DNA of 64,000 nt from Moniliella sp. 'wahieum' (Eukaryota): positions 124,001-188,000 of the forward strand of contig RSEE01000007.1 of the NCBI GenBank assembly GCA_003971905.1, written 5' to 3'. Below, piece after piece: positions 1 to 12,673 of this stretch. The notes under the pieces were generated by a model. That model saw nothing but the letters and a program-made list of their open reading frames with translations, made no database searches and was not told the origin of the DNA. A program made the translations under genes and the position numbers. Within the stretch, counting starts at the first letter, position 1, and each line of letters starts with the position of its first letter.

Positions 1-492
1 CCCCAAGCCGTCCCACGTAAACGTGGTCGCCCCCGCAAGACACCTCTAGCCGCGTCAATCAGTCAGCCAACATTACTGGAGACCCAGACGTTGCGAGGTG
101 GGAAGGCGTTCCGAAAACGGCTGCGTGCTGCGACACGATTGCTTGCGTCCGAGTCGGAAGATGAGGAAGGCGCGATGGCTGCCGCCGAGGCCGGGCTGCG
201 TCCTGGTCGCCGCAAGAGCATTGCCGAGCGCTTGACCGACGCCGATGTGGTTTGGGCCTTGGTCGACGGCGAGTTGAAGGAGAGTGTACGGAGTGCACCG
301 AATAATGGCCTGGGCGTTTCGTTGCGCGCGATCCGTTCGCTGGTACGGGAACAGTTTCGCGTACTCAGTGCCAAGGCCACCCGTCGACGACAAATGATTG
401 CTCACTTGAACGCTCACGCGCCTACCAGCGCCAGTTGCGTCAGGACGTCTTTGCCCGCCGCCGCATTGTACTCGACCTACGACGAGAGATGA
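1..492 (+). CDS. 3' end of hypothetical protein with an AT-hook motif (5' end outside window)
   Basis: Frame open from base 1 to TGA at 490-492; encodes KRGRPRK (19-39), in frame with ORF 91..492. No other homology recognised. Confidence 0.45.
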   Translation, partial: PQAVPRKRGRPRKTPLAASISQPTLLETQTLRGGKAFRKRLRAATRLLASESEDEEGAMAAAEAGLRPGRRKSIAERLTDADVVWALVDGELKESVRSAPNNGLGVSLRAIRSLVREQFRVLSAKATRRRQMIAHLNAHAPTSASCVRTSLPAAALYSTYDER

Positions 493-1829
493 GGTGCTGA
501 AGCAACAGCGAGCAAAAAGGAAGACAAGCAAGCCAAGTACGTTGGCATTCTCCTCCATTTACCTGTAGGAAAACGTGGCTGACCTTTATTTCCTTTGACA
601 GTCAGCCAACGAAGGCCTGGCCTACCTCCAACGGCCGCCCAGGGTTCTGTTGTTGTGGACATAACGCGACTAGTGTATATGCATCTTTGCTAGTTGCTAT
701 GGCTTCTGGAAACCAAACATGATGTTGTGGTGCGGGCACGGGGGTATCTGTAAACATCAAGATTGTGGTCGACTAGCAGTCATTCACCTTGGCAGACTTA
801 CTCACGCCCACGGAAATGGCCTAACCAGGTCCCTTGTAGCCCAACCTGTCGTACCATGGCCTCCCGCTCCAACGTTTTCGCTCAAAGGCGGCAATGCTCG
901 CCTCATATCGGAGCGTGAGACTACTGTCGTCCAAACCATTGAGAAGACAATACTTGGTAAACTCAGAGATGGAGAACGAGAAGCGCGACCCATCCTCCAG
1001 CACAACCACTTAATTTGCATTTCCAAGTCCACCGTCACCGTCTTAGCCGCCTTTTGGCATCCGCCATGACCCGGTCCACCTCTGCCTGCGGCACCACCCC
1101 CACCGCCCCCACATTGCCATTCCTTGCCAGATTGGTAGCGTGGATGTCGGCAATCGAGGGCGCAATGACAGCACGGATGCCCAAATCGAGCCAAGACCGA
1201 GCAAATGCTCGCGCGACGAGCCGCAGCCCCCATTGGACCCTGCTACCCCAAACTTGGCGTGCGACCAGGGCTCTTGGTTCAAAACAAAGTCCGGATTGGG
1301 CGCCCCTGTATCATCCTTGTTCTACCGCAACGTGTTCAACAGGCTGTGACACCCCAGCCTAAGCGAGAATCACTTTGAGGAACTTGGCTGCAGAAAAGGG
1401 ATCAAATCCGTATCCACATTCGCCTGCTCTCCATTGGCGCTGCAATATCTGAGAGAGTGGTAAACTGTTGCAGACCGCTGCCCACCGTCGCCTACTCCCT
1501 GGGCGGCACATCCTCCAAACGGTTCTCATCTGTTTGGTGGGCGAGTACGTCAACGGGAGGTTGTGGGTCCGGCTTGCAGCGCAGGTGGGGCCTGAGATGG
1601 GGAGAGGAACGCTTTAGTTGCGCGGCATTCGCAGTCTCCCCTTCAGCATGTGCCGCCGCCTTTTGCCAGCAGGAAGAGTCCGGTCATCCGTCAAACGCCC
1701 CGTCAGAGCGCCAGCAGCGACCATGGCAGGCAATACAAGAGGAGTGCGTCCTTCTGGGCCCTGACGGGCTTCTTCAAAGCTGCAGTTGGACGTAGAGGCA
1801 CGCCGCTTGCCAGCGTCCAGCTGGTCTGG

Positions 1830-2205
1830 ATTCAATGTTCAGCCCCACTTTTGGAGCAGCCTGCCTCGCGCCAGTGAACCTCAGCCTCCTTGAACCTCTT
1901 GTCCAGATCCTCAGCCACGTGACGGCCGTGGAGCACCTGGGCCGCACGGCACAGAAATCCTCAATGTGGGAGTTGGGGCAGGACCCAATAAAGACCTTGC
2001 CAATGTCGAACTGCTCTATGGGTTGGGCTCCAGGCACATCAGTATGAGAGCGAGCGCTCCCAGGAGTTTGTGTCTCGTCCTTGGCTTTGGCCGGGTCGGG
2101 CACCGAGGCGATGCTGACCGCATCGGGAAAAGAGAGGTTCCCCACATGACAGTAGAGGGAATGTTTTTGGCGTCAATCTTGATCCGAGGGTCGCATAAGC
2201 CTCTG
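1830..2205 (-). pseudogene. LEU1: Degenerate internal fragment of 3-isopropylmalate dehydratase
   Basis: Two frames give IKIDAKNIPSTVMWGTS and QPIEQFDIGKVFIGSCPNSHIEDF, resembling the LeuC/Leu1 motifs TVTWGTSP and KVFIGSCTNSRIEDL. Conserved residues are substituted and no N- or C-terminal part is nearby. Confidence 0.75.
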
Positions 2206-2920
2206 GGCAAGATGTAGCGGCATCTTTCCAAAGAATAGACTCTTCTCGGTATAAGATTTTTCCAGTGCTCGCCAACAATCTTGTCTCCCCCCTGCCCAGT
2301 CCGCCAATAACTGCTGTTTGAACCGCATTTTTCTGATCTTCGCCGTGTTATGGTTCGGTTAAGTCTTCCTTGCTTCTCGTTAAGAAGAGAGAAGATTCGT
2401 CCACAGCAGCGATTGAAGATGAAATAATGAGTCTAATACTATCACGCACAGACCACAGATATACGAACTAGCGGTCATATCACAAGATCAAACTTGGGAG
2501 GATGAATACGTTCGACTGGATCAACAGAGGTAGTGGGAAATGTGATACAGGCCAGAAAGGACAAGACAAGAGACATGGAGCAGATGAAAGATAGCAAAAA
2601 GCAAAGGAGATAGTGATGAAACGAGATATCTATACGAACCCTGGGGTCATCCGGTTATCATGGTAGAGAGAAGGACGGAGGGAAGATGATAATCAAAATG
2701 GTACCATATATTATGCTTTCTCCGCCCACTTCTAGGCGGGCCCTCATCGGGAGGGACGCGGACCTGCTGTATATTACAGGTCTTCTGTTGAACACTGAAC
2801 CAAGTATATATAGTAGCTTTGTTGCGAAGCGGTACGGCAAGTATGCCAGCGGTATGCCCTGTAACGCATGTAACGCCCGCCCCCTCGCCGTGACCGGGGG
2901 AGGGATCCCGAATCAAATCA

Positions 2921-3365
2921 GTGGTCACTAGGTCACTGGTCACTCACTCATTCGTGTGCATTCAATATTCACATGCACACAGAACCTGCGCCGTATCTGC
3001 GACATGATTTACCATTGCCGACAAACGTGCGCAGCACCGCCGGCACTGCGCCACAGCGGGCGCGGACGGACCCTGGACAGCCGCGGTGCACAGTGGCGCC
3101 GTGCTAACATGATGCATGCTGCTGCGTGAGGTGGCTGGTGCCAGGTGGTGCCTGGAGGTGCCTGGTGGTGCCTGGCCGGCCGGGGGGCAGCGCAGGCCGA
3201 GCAGGCAGCGCCAGTGCCGCGCCTGGCAGCGCATCAGCACTGCGTCCGAGTCCCCAGTCCCGGCAGGATGCAGGCTGCATGCAGCGGCCCTGTGAGGAGG
3301 CGTGTTCAGTGCCTCTTGCCTGGCAGGCAAGAGGTGCGATCATGCATCATCTGCATCATGCATCG
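2921..3365. repeat. Heptamer quasi-palindrome tracts (GGTCACT; CATCATG/CATGATG)
   Basis: ggtcactaggtcactggtcact at 2923-2944; gatcatgcatcatctgcatcatgcatc at ~3338-3364. Confidence 0.6.
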
Positions 3366-3738
3366 TGCACATGCGCAGCCTAACCCTCTCTCTCTTTTCC
3401 GGCAACTCTTCGCGCGGCTGCTCAGCTCACTAGGTCACTCGGCCCCCGCCATCCCACACCCCCGGCGCCTGTTCTTCTCGCTGCCCGCCTCGCGTCTTGC
3501 CCTGCCTGGCCTCGGTGCACAGGGCACTCGACGCGCTGCATCAACCACACTCCACCCCTCGCTGCGTTTCGCCCCCTTCGCGCACCACCCACACCAGCGC
3601 CAACCCCCCCCCCCCTGGCCCATGCACCCTCCCTCACGGGGCCTCCCCAGCCAGCCCATTCCCCGTCCCCCCGCTTCTCCCACCTCCTCGCCCCCCAGCA
3701 CGCCCAATGCGCATCTTCCTCCCGACCCTTCCCTCGCC

Positions 3739-5166
3739 ATGCTGCGCGGCATGCATGCCTTGAGCCCACAGCCCACTTCCCTCCCGTCCTCCCCGCCTTC
3801 CACCAGTCACCCGACTCTTTTACCGGTCTGCAGCCCCGAGGGGCCAGCTGTTCGTGTGACCTGACGCTCTACCCCCCCTCCTGCCCTTCCTCCTGCCCCA
3901 AGAGGCAAACCTGTGTACAGACGCTGGTCGCCATGAGCTGTGGACGCTCCTGTCCTTCGAACCACTGTCAAGTGGAGCCAGGCAGTGGCTCTTCTCCAAC
4001 AGCTCTTCCCCTGTTGCGGGTGGAGTTGGAGGCGGCGTCGGCGGACTCGTTCTCATCCTTCTCATGGTTGCGGCTTGGTGGTTTATTTGGCGAAAGAGGG
4101 CCCAACGGCGCGAGGCTGCCGCCTGGGCCGCCCGGACACGAGCCAAAGAGGCCGCAGCTGCCGCCCCCTTCCGCCCTGGCGGGCAATCCCAACTAGCCAA
4201 CGAGAGTGAGGCAGACGCACAAGTGACCGCTATCTCGAGCTCGAGTACGGCCCACCGGAGTATTCATGTTCAACAACGTCTTCCCCCCGTCGAGACCGCC
4301 CCTCCCCCTGTCGCCTCTTCCAGCTTGGACGAGGGGGACGTGGAGTACACTGAGCTTAGGGTTGACGGTCTTACCGCCTTTTCCAACGACGCCGAGCAAA
4401 ATGAGGACGGAGACGAGCTTGCGATGTTGGAAGCGTTCCAAAGACGCTTTTCCACCTCGGCTGCCACCCATCTCTCTCGCATCAGCGAGGCCGAGGACGA
4501 AGAGTGGCGCTCTACTCGAACCGGACGTACAGGGCGCACAGGCAAGACAGCAAAGACAAACACCGGACGGTCGAAGGTGATGATGGCAAATGGGCTTTTG
4601 GCCCCCTCAGTGCGGAGCGGACGTCTGCCCCCTCCTCCTGTACCACCCACTGTCCCTCTTCCTCAAACCCCCTTGGCAACAACCAATGAGGAGGCCGATT
4701 CCCATGCCACTTCCCCTGACCCATCTTCTGGCCACTTTACCTCTGCTCACTCTTCTGCTCCGCTTCCCGCTCCGTTTTGGGGAGTGGAGGAGAAAAAAGA
4801 GCAAAGAGTTCGTTTGAAGAGAGAGATATCTCGGATGCTGGCATTAGTGATACGGAACATGCCATGCGGGTGGAGGAAATCGTTGCAGGTGATGAGAGCG
4901 AGGGTGTTTATCCTCCTTCCAGGGACGAAACGGGACTGTTGGCCATTCTAGGGGAGTACGAGGACCCCAACCCACATTCTCCCCCGTCTCCGCCACCGAT
5001 ACCATCACCACCACCGTCCTCGGGCGGCACCTCCCCCAAGCCGCCCTCCTCCTTCCTCTCCGGCCTTTCCTCCCTTCCCATGCCCCCTTCATCCAAAAGC
5101 CCCAGCTCGTCCATTCGCTCCCCGAACGTCCACTCCAAACGGCGGTTTGATTGGAATGAGCAGTAG
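3739..5166 (+). CDS. Hypothetical single-pass membrane protein, Ser/Pro-rich (frameshifted; ends approximate)
   Basis: GGVGGGVGGLVLILLMVAAWWFIW followed by RKR is a typical TM plus stop-transfer pattern. Long ORF 4064..4951 appears to continue into 4777..5166. Confidence 0.45.
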
Positions 5167-8100
5167 CTTCGCCCGCTCCCAGTCACCTGCATCAGGAGTG
5201 TAGGGCCCCTCCGCTTGGATACCGGGCCACCTGTCACTCCCTTCCTCTCCTTCTGGTTCCTTTTGGCTCCTCTGTCTTACGCTATGACCACACCCTCCTT
5301 CCGCATTTACCCCTTGCCCTCCAACATCACCTTTCCACCTGTCTATCGCTTTCCTCTCCTGATCATGGGAGATACCTCACCTTCATTTCTTTGTACATGT
5401 ACCTGTGCCCTCCGCAGGAGGAGGGCAAAGTTTGTTATTTGTGGCATCCCTGTTTCTTTTATCTTTCCTTTTTCTCGCATCTTGAAGTTCACGGGCCTCT
5501 ACTCTGGTACTCACGCAACGGATTCGGAGCATGCAACCCCATCTATACATTTGGCCCATTATAATGCGGCCCCCACTGAAGAGGGCACCATAGCCTTTGT
5601 GCTTCCTTAGAGATTCTTCAGCCGCCCAAAGCTACTCACTTCATTGATCATTACCTTGGGGATTGGAAGTGGATATGAGTTGGCAGATAGTAAGTATTGT
5701 TGAAGATCGGGCCTCTTCTGTATTCTCCGTATACATGATGCATATCCCCCTTCCTGTTATTAGTTAGTCTCCGAGTAAAAACGTGGCCACAGACCCACAG
5801 AAGCCAACTTCAATGAAAGCCTTATTCGCACACAGTTGGTACAGAGAGGAGAAAACTACTAAACATGATAACGTTTTCATTCATTGATGTGGTCTCCCTT
5901 TGTGCAGTTGCCAGCCACTTGTCCGCTTGAACCCTTCTGATCTACATTTATGTGCTACCCCAAAGAAATCACGGTAGGCTATAGGAGACAGATGCAATTA
6001 AAGATAGGGACCGACGCCTGCTAGGTCACCACCTCTCATCATCCTACCCAAAATCTGACCAGTCAGACTGCTTGTCGAGTTGATGGAGAGTGGGGTTTTC
6101 TATGTCCTCTCCAGTCTCCAGACTTCCACAAAAATGCGGAACTTCCAATCTTCACGACTCCCGTTTGGACACCCCTCTGTGATCTGGTAAGAGTCCACTT
6201 CTATCGCCCCACAGATCGTGCATGTGTCATCTTGTCCTCCTCTAGTGAACCGATCGACAATGGTTCTTTTCTAAAGAAAACACTGATATTATGATGAGCT
6301 GGAACAGAAAGGGATACTAGAATTCCGTCGCCGGGGACCTTTGCTGCCGGCTTTTGGATGTCGAACATGTGGATAGGGGGAGTTACATGCATTACAGTCG
6401 GTGGCCGTTATATGTCCGTTGCTTCGCCCGAACTTGAGTTCCGTGAAAACACCGGGAGAGTCTCTCCACGGTTCAACTGCATATAACCCACTGCAGTTTC
6501 ACGATACATCGTAATAGTCGTGTGTAAGGCCAGTGTGGCCTCCTGGTTGACAATTTCGCCTGAAGGAGGCCGAGAAGGAGCCAGACCTCTGGCTCGTAGT
6601 GAACAGGGGCCAGACGTAGGCTCAAAGCACAAGTTTCGTACCAAGAGCCGCCGTCACTTTGCCTTGCTAGCGGCATCCTCCCTCTGCTGAGTCCTAGCGA
6701 GGCCGGTGTTGAAAGATCGACGACGTAACACAAAACGATTGGTCGCTTGTCTCCCAATGCAGACTTAGTACGGAGTGGGTCTTGGTACAGGCAGGCAAAA
6801 ACCCGCGAGCTATGTATGCAATAGGAAAACGGCCAAGAGCTGTTTCTGATGGCTGTGCTGCGCAACATCGCCCTGCGACACCATGGTTCCATCACCATAT
6901 TCACTGCCATACAGAACAATGCTCGATACAGCCAACCGTTGCAGAAAAGAATGCGTAACCGAGCCGTGACACCCGAGGAAGAGCTGGTCATGAAAGAAAC
7001 GTTTGGGGTCTCGAGCTGGGTGTATGTCGTACTTGTGAAGCCATTAGGTGAATACCACTGGGGGTGGGGTGGGGCACCAGGAAGCTGATGTTGGCGCTGT
7101 ATGAGGAAGTGTCGGAGGGCAACGCAGCGAGAAATGTATCAGGAACGTATACGGAATCAGAAGGGACAGAGAGAGAGAGGAAGGCACAGGCGAAGGTTGT
7201 TTGCCAGATTCTGGAAACATCCGATCTCACGATTGCGAGGCAAGGGAGGGCGCAAAGGGGATGCGTATACTCTAGAAGGAGGTTCCATGTTGAGAAACAC
7301 AAAAGCAGTGTATCAAAAACGCCTTTTTCGAGTCGGAACTATATAGGATGCCACTGAGTCACACTTTGGATCCCGATGAGGTGTACTAAGTAGTACAGAC
7401 TACATATTACTTTTACTGCATAGTATACAACAGGGAAGGACTAGGCACGAGGTGAAGGGCTACGTATGTAGCGACGTACTACGGCAGGCAGACAGCGGGC
7501 TCTGAGCCACCAGAAGCACAGATGAGCGAGAACGAGGTAACGAAGAGTTGAGCGAAGAGGTGGCAGTGGTAGGGAAGAACAGAGAGGAAAGCGCCAGTGG
7601 TGTCTAGGACTACATCTGAGGCTTACCATTGGAGCAAGGTGAAGGCGCCACGGATAGATAGGACGCGCGCGGGGTAGTAGGTTATATAAAAGCCTAAAAC
7701 AAACCTCTAACAGTAGGGCAGTTCCCCTCACAACAGCCTGCGCCGTAGTACATGGATGTTTTTTGATCTCCCCTCTTCGGGTGCCATGTAACACAGATGT
7801 AACAGCGTATCAAAGCAGTCTTGAATTGGTTGCCATTTTCAGTGTCAGACGATGATTACCAGAACGGGGAAGAGGCGGAAGAGAAGGGCGGGGTCTGAAA
7901 GTGAAAGGGCAAGTTAGAAGGATGGTCGACGGAGCTAAAAAAGGGCAGCAGAGCGTATAGGGCAGGAACGCAGGGAAGAGTGAGATCCCGAGACTGAGGA
8001 GGGGAGGTAGTGGCTGGGAATGGCGGGGGATAGCCTGTTGACAGTGGGATAGCTGCTTGCAAGAACGGGTTATAGATGGCGAAACAAGGTTTCTGCTTTC

Positions 8101-8411
8101 ATTAATTTCAAGCCGCCCATGGCCCACCGTTCCACAGCCCCCACATGCCACAGCCCACCGTTTCCACAGCCCACCGTCTAGACCACCGAAAGCGCAGGAG
8201 AGGATGTGCCACGCTGTTCCACTGCTACTTCCGAAACCTTTTTGGTGAAGCTTTGCTTCCAACATCATTAATGCATCAAGATTTTTATAGTGTTTTTGGC
8301 AAATGTTCGATGTCGATGAGACGCGGTAAGTGCAACGAACCACACAAGGCCACCCAACCTTCTGAAGAGAAAACGGCATCAATCACCCTAATACCCTTGT
8401 CTGGGAGGCTT

Positions 8412-8491
8412 CCACCGGCCCCGACCACCGGCCACCGACCACCGGCCACCGACCACCGGCCACCGGCCACCACCACATCCACCGGCCACCG
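8412..8491 (+). repeat. 7-bp-period tandem repeat CCACCGG/CCACCGA
   Basis: ccaccggccaccgaccaccggccaccgaccaccggccaccggccacc read directly. Confidence 0.85.
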
Positions 8492-8540
8492 ACTCACACC
8501 GCCAGCCACTCAAGGGACTCACTCAACTGCCGGCAGACGC

Positions 8541-9730
8541 CTCAGTCACTCAGTTGAGTACCTGAGTACTGAGTGTACGCATGCTCTCAGACCTCAGATT
8601 CTCAACCTTGAACTTCAAGTTGGAGCTTCAAGCTTCAAGCTTCAAGTTTCAAGCTCAAGCTTCACGCTTTGCTAGTGCCTACTAGCGACTTGTGACTAAT
8701 GGCTATTGCATAGGATCACCGGGCACATCGCCAATAATTGGATCGATCGAAATGATCGATGATCGATGATGTATGATGCATGATGGAGAGTTCGGTGACC
8801 GGTGACCGGTAGACGCCGTTTCTACAAGTAGCATGAAAAAACCACTGTAGAGAGGGGGCCTGGCCTCAGGGTAGGGTGGTGTAAGGCCGGTACTGGTAAT
8901 GGGCCTTAGGGGACGCTAGGGGCTGCCAACAGGCGGTTCAGTCTGAATCTGAGCCCTGAGCGTCGGAGCGTCGGAGTGTCGGAGCGTCTGAGCTGTGAAT
9001 ACGTGAATGTGAGCTTGCAACACACATGCGGCAGTCTGGCGGCGGCAGCGGGGCCTGCGCATAGCCCGCCCTGAGGAGTTGCGTTCCTGTGGCCTCAGAC
9101 CCGAAGCCTGAGGGCGTGGGCTTGACGCGTGACGATGGTGGCTGAGGCTTGCGGCAGCGGAGATGTGGGTGGGATGTGGTGGGATGGGATGGGATGGGGT
9201 AGGATGGGTGATGCGTGGGGTGGCATTGCCGGTCACGTGTTGCATGGCGATCGGACGTTGGGCTGTGGGGATGCTGGGATGGATGATGGGGATGGATGAA
9301 GACGCGAGACCCTCTGCGATCTGACCGATCCGCGATGTGAGATGTGAGATCTGAGTGATCTCGGATCCATGATCTCGTGTGGGAAACCAGGGGGACTGAG
9401 TACTGAGGCGCTGCGTCTGAGGTCTGCGGCCGGCCATCCACCTTGCATCGTCGCAGCGCACGTCCCCATGCACCAGCTCTGGAGCGCGGTGGGGCGAGGA
9501 ACGGAGCGGGCTGCTGAGCGCTCGGCTGGCCAGTCCCTCTGTCTGAGGCCTTAATTGGTGTAAGACTTTTCCAGCAACCTTGGGGTCCGTAGGAGATGGC
9601 GGCCTCAGCGCCTCAGCGCTCAGCCTGAGCCGAGGCCGAGGCCTGAGGGCAAGTCTGACTAACACGTACTCAGTTACTCAGTACTCGGTACTCAGTCTGA
9701 GTACTCACGCTCGATATCACTCAGTACTAG
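8541..9730. repeat. Cluster of heptamer quasi-palindrome arrays
   Basis: (CTTCAAG)x3 8626-8646; TGA every 7 bp 8753-8783 (tgatcga tgatcga tgatgta tgatgca tga); (GGTGACC)x2 8794-8807; TGTGAGA/TCTGAG 9336-9356; CCTCAGC/GCTCAGC/CCTGAGG 9601-9648; ACTCAGT/ACTGAGT-type units 9667-9730. Confidence 0.9.
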
Positions 9731-10276
9731 GTACTGGACCCGTCTCGAAAGCCGGCGGCCATGCATCGTGGCCGAGCTGACCACCCCGCCCGTCTCTGGC
9801 CAAAAGCGTCTCCGTTTGCCCCCACGACCCCCTTGGGCGCTCTACGCCGCCACCTCGTCTCTCCTTCGCCTGCCCCTCCCCTGGCTTCGCTGGGCAACGC
9901 GCCTACACCAACCGCTCTCTTCTGCAGCAGCGCCATCTCGTTCTCAACGCGGCCCGTTCAGCAAACATCTTTCCTCTCCCGCAGTGCCGCCCATCCGTCC
10001 CGTCCGCATCCACCCCATTGCCGCTCCACCACCTGCCTTCATTCCGCTCCGGCCCCAGTGTCTCATTCATACCTTTCGTCTTCGCTTTGTCCCTGCCCAA
10101 ATGGCGTCCCAAGCGTGCTACTAGCCGTGGCGCCCCCACCCTTACCCAGCTACCGCAGCGCTCGTAGCGCTATTACCATCTCGCCTCAGTGGTGTTGCAG
10201 TGCAAACCCTGCTCCCATATCCATCTTGCTCGTTTCCCCCCCCATCCCTCTAATCCTCGCACTGCTCTTCTCCGTC

Positions 10277-12673
10277 ATGACGCTCGACCCCCCTTGCCCT
10301 TTTCTTCTCCGGCACACTTCAAGAAGCATTTACCGCCTGCCCACTCTGCTACCCCGCCCGCTCCTTCCTCACCTGCCCAACCGTACTCGCCGCCTCTTCC
10401 CGATCCCATCGAGCACACGTTTGCCCGGGTTCGCAAGTTCAGCGGAAAGATGCCTCCTCCCGTGTGTCCTCCCCCCCCCCTTTGCATGCCTCTCCTTGCC
10501 AGATCAAGACTAACCGTGCTGTCAGTCTATCTTTGCCACTCCAGGGCGCCGTAGTCGGAGCAAAAGCAGTGTCGAGTCGATGCGCGCTTTGTTGGCCCTC
10601 CAGCAGGAGGGCGCCGCGCCGTCGCTTCCGACACACTCTCCCGCCCTGGTTCACCTCAGCTGCTGCACCGGCCCGAGTTGGACTCGTTGCCTGGAACTTC
10701 GCGCACTGCGCCCACGGGGGCATCCCAGGGCAAGTCCGCGCAGTGGTTCCAGCGCCTCGCTCGATCCAAGGCTGGGACTGGGATCCGATTGGCCTCCAAT
10801 GACACGGTGATTGAACGACGCGATTCCGGCGATTCTTTCGAGTGTGCGGGCGCGAGCGAATTGATCGTCAAATGGACATTTTAGAGTCTCAACCCCTACG
10901 CCATCGTCATCGACACGCGATTTGCCTTGGCCAGCCAAGGATGGGTCCAGTTTTCCAGGCACCTTATCCATGGCCTTATCCCCCAGCCAGTCAGGTACTT
11001 CTACGCCCAAGGAAGAACGGGCACGCAAGCCCTCTACGCCCGCCACTAAGGAACGGCAGGGCATGCTCGATGGCGTGTTCCACTACCCACCATGCGCCGC
11101 GATGGCTCTGAACGTTCCGCCCGCTCTCGAATGGCATCCCACCATACATCTGCTAAGAGCGCTGTTACGGCCGACGATCTTGGCCGCCGGCCTATTGCTC
11201 ATATGAAGCAGAAGCGCAGCATGCCCAACCTAAGTCACGTTACCAAAAATAGCACCCTGCGCTCGCCCTCGTCCGACTAAAGCACGACCCTTTTTCATCT
11301 GTCGAGACTGCCGACAGCGCGCAGACACCTCATCTCCCGACTGGGACGTCGCGGACGATGCGCCTCGCCACTCGGCCGATTACTTGTCGAGCTTCCCATC
11401 CGCTGCACAAGATCCTGCCTCCCCGCTTTCCCACCGGTCCCAGGCGCGGCCTGTGGGGATGTATGGAGCGAGGGAGTGGATGGGGTACCCCATGCGCAAA
11501 GCCCAGAGCGCCAATCCTCGGCCAGAAATGAACTTTGTCTTCCCCCGCCCGCAGGTGACACCATTGGATGACGAAGAGACGCCGGTGTTTGGCACTTCAC
11601 TGAAAGTGAGTGACGGGTCTTCGCCCGTCCCATTTCCCTGTTCCCCTTTGCCCTTGGTTCAACCGTACCATCCTTCGGCTTCATCAACGGATCTATCGTT
11701 CAGGTCAATGCAGTCCTCCTCGCCCATACCGTCGTCCTCATCGCAAACGGAAGTGCGGCCGCTGATTTTCCGTCACCTCAACTCCAGTTACGTTGAGGAC
11801 AGCCCACGCAAGCCCCGTGCCCACGAGAAGGGGCACGCTCACTCCTTTCGGGAAGCAGCACGGGGACGTCACTTGTCATGACGGCGGACGAAGCGGAGCT
11901 GCCTGGCCGATTGGGGGCGTGCATGTCGCCATACGGTTCGCCACTGTCCACCTACCGTCCCTGGATCAATTCGAGCCAGAGAGGAGTGTAGACAGCCCTA
12001 GTATCACCCACAGTCCTCTAGGGAGTACTCGTACAACTCCTTGGACGTGGTCGAAAGTAGGGACCTCGGCATGCACGACAGCAGCCAGTTACCCCCCTAC
12101 GTTCCCCGTTCGCTCCGCTCCCTTCACTCCGGGGACGAGTGTTCAGAGAGCCCCATGGGCTCTTCAGCCTCTGTCTGCACCGCGCCCCAGCAGTGGTACC
12201 TCCTCCTCTGGTGCCTCATTCCTCTGGTGCTTTGGCCCTAGGAGAGACGGTGCGGAGCTTGGCTTTGGGTCTATCGGATGAATCTGACTCAGAAGGCCAG
12301 CAGCACGTGCTGACACCCAAGGCAAAAGGATGCAGGCCACCGCCTCCCTCCCCATCCCAACGCAATATCAGCTCTCGGCCTCGGCATGCCGACCCCCATC
12401 GACCGTTCAAGCTACCGCCAGCTCACTCACCACACCGACCCGTCCTTCACATTCCCTTGTCCTGCCATTCCGACCGCCGCTCTCCCCGTCCCACGCCTCC
12501 CGCCCCGGTATCCCCTCTCCCGACCGCGGCTCCGCATGCATACACCTTTCTCAGCTGAGGACAGCATCTCAATCAGGGAAGAGACGCACCTACGCTCTCC
12601 CTCGGAACCGGTATCGTCTCTTGTCGGGGCAGCCTCTTCTCCCGCCCGCCCAGCGGGCTCCCGAGTCGTTTGA
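10277..12673 (+). CDS. Hypothetical Ser/Pro-rich low-complexity protein (several frameshifts)
   Basis: Chain of overlapping plus-strand ORFs of similar composition (9761..10513, 10678..10884, 10922..11206, 11092..11280, 11384..11881, 12041..12558, 12386..12673) after a pyrimidine-rich leader. No domain recognised. Confidence 0.4.

Noticed and set aside
2644..2656. 13-bp match GGGTCATCCGGTT shared with 27251-27263, each near an orphan gene fragment
   Set aside because: 13-mer matches are expected by chance in 64 kb and the flanking similarity is unconvincing.
7436..7712. Possible second LTR family (TATA-like tatataaa, ...ctaaca end); similar impression at 13430-13700 and 2450-2640
   Set aside because: No second copy, no TSD and no clear opposite terminus could be identified by eye.
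9170..9210. (GGGAT)n tract as an interstitial telomere
   Set aside because: Short pentamer microsatellite, not TTAGGG-like.
8916..9665. 249-aa ORF, and similar long ORFs over GC-rich repeats or antisense to real genes (e.g. 23026..23994, 25489..26400, 33504..34457)
   Set aside because: Low-complexity or shadow ORFs caused by GC content and opposite-strand codon bias; no recognisable motifs.
8541..9730. Synthetic polylinker or vector contamination (many HindIII, ClaI, AgeI, ScaI, SpeI and StuI sites)
   Set aside because: The sites arise as junctions of degenerate tandem units scattered through many intergenic regions, not as an ordered list of unique sites, and no vector features are present.
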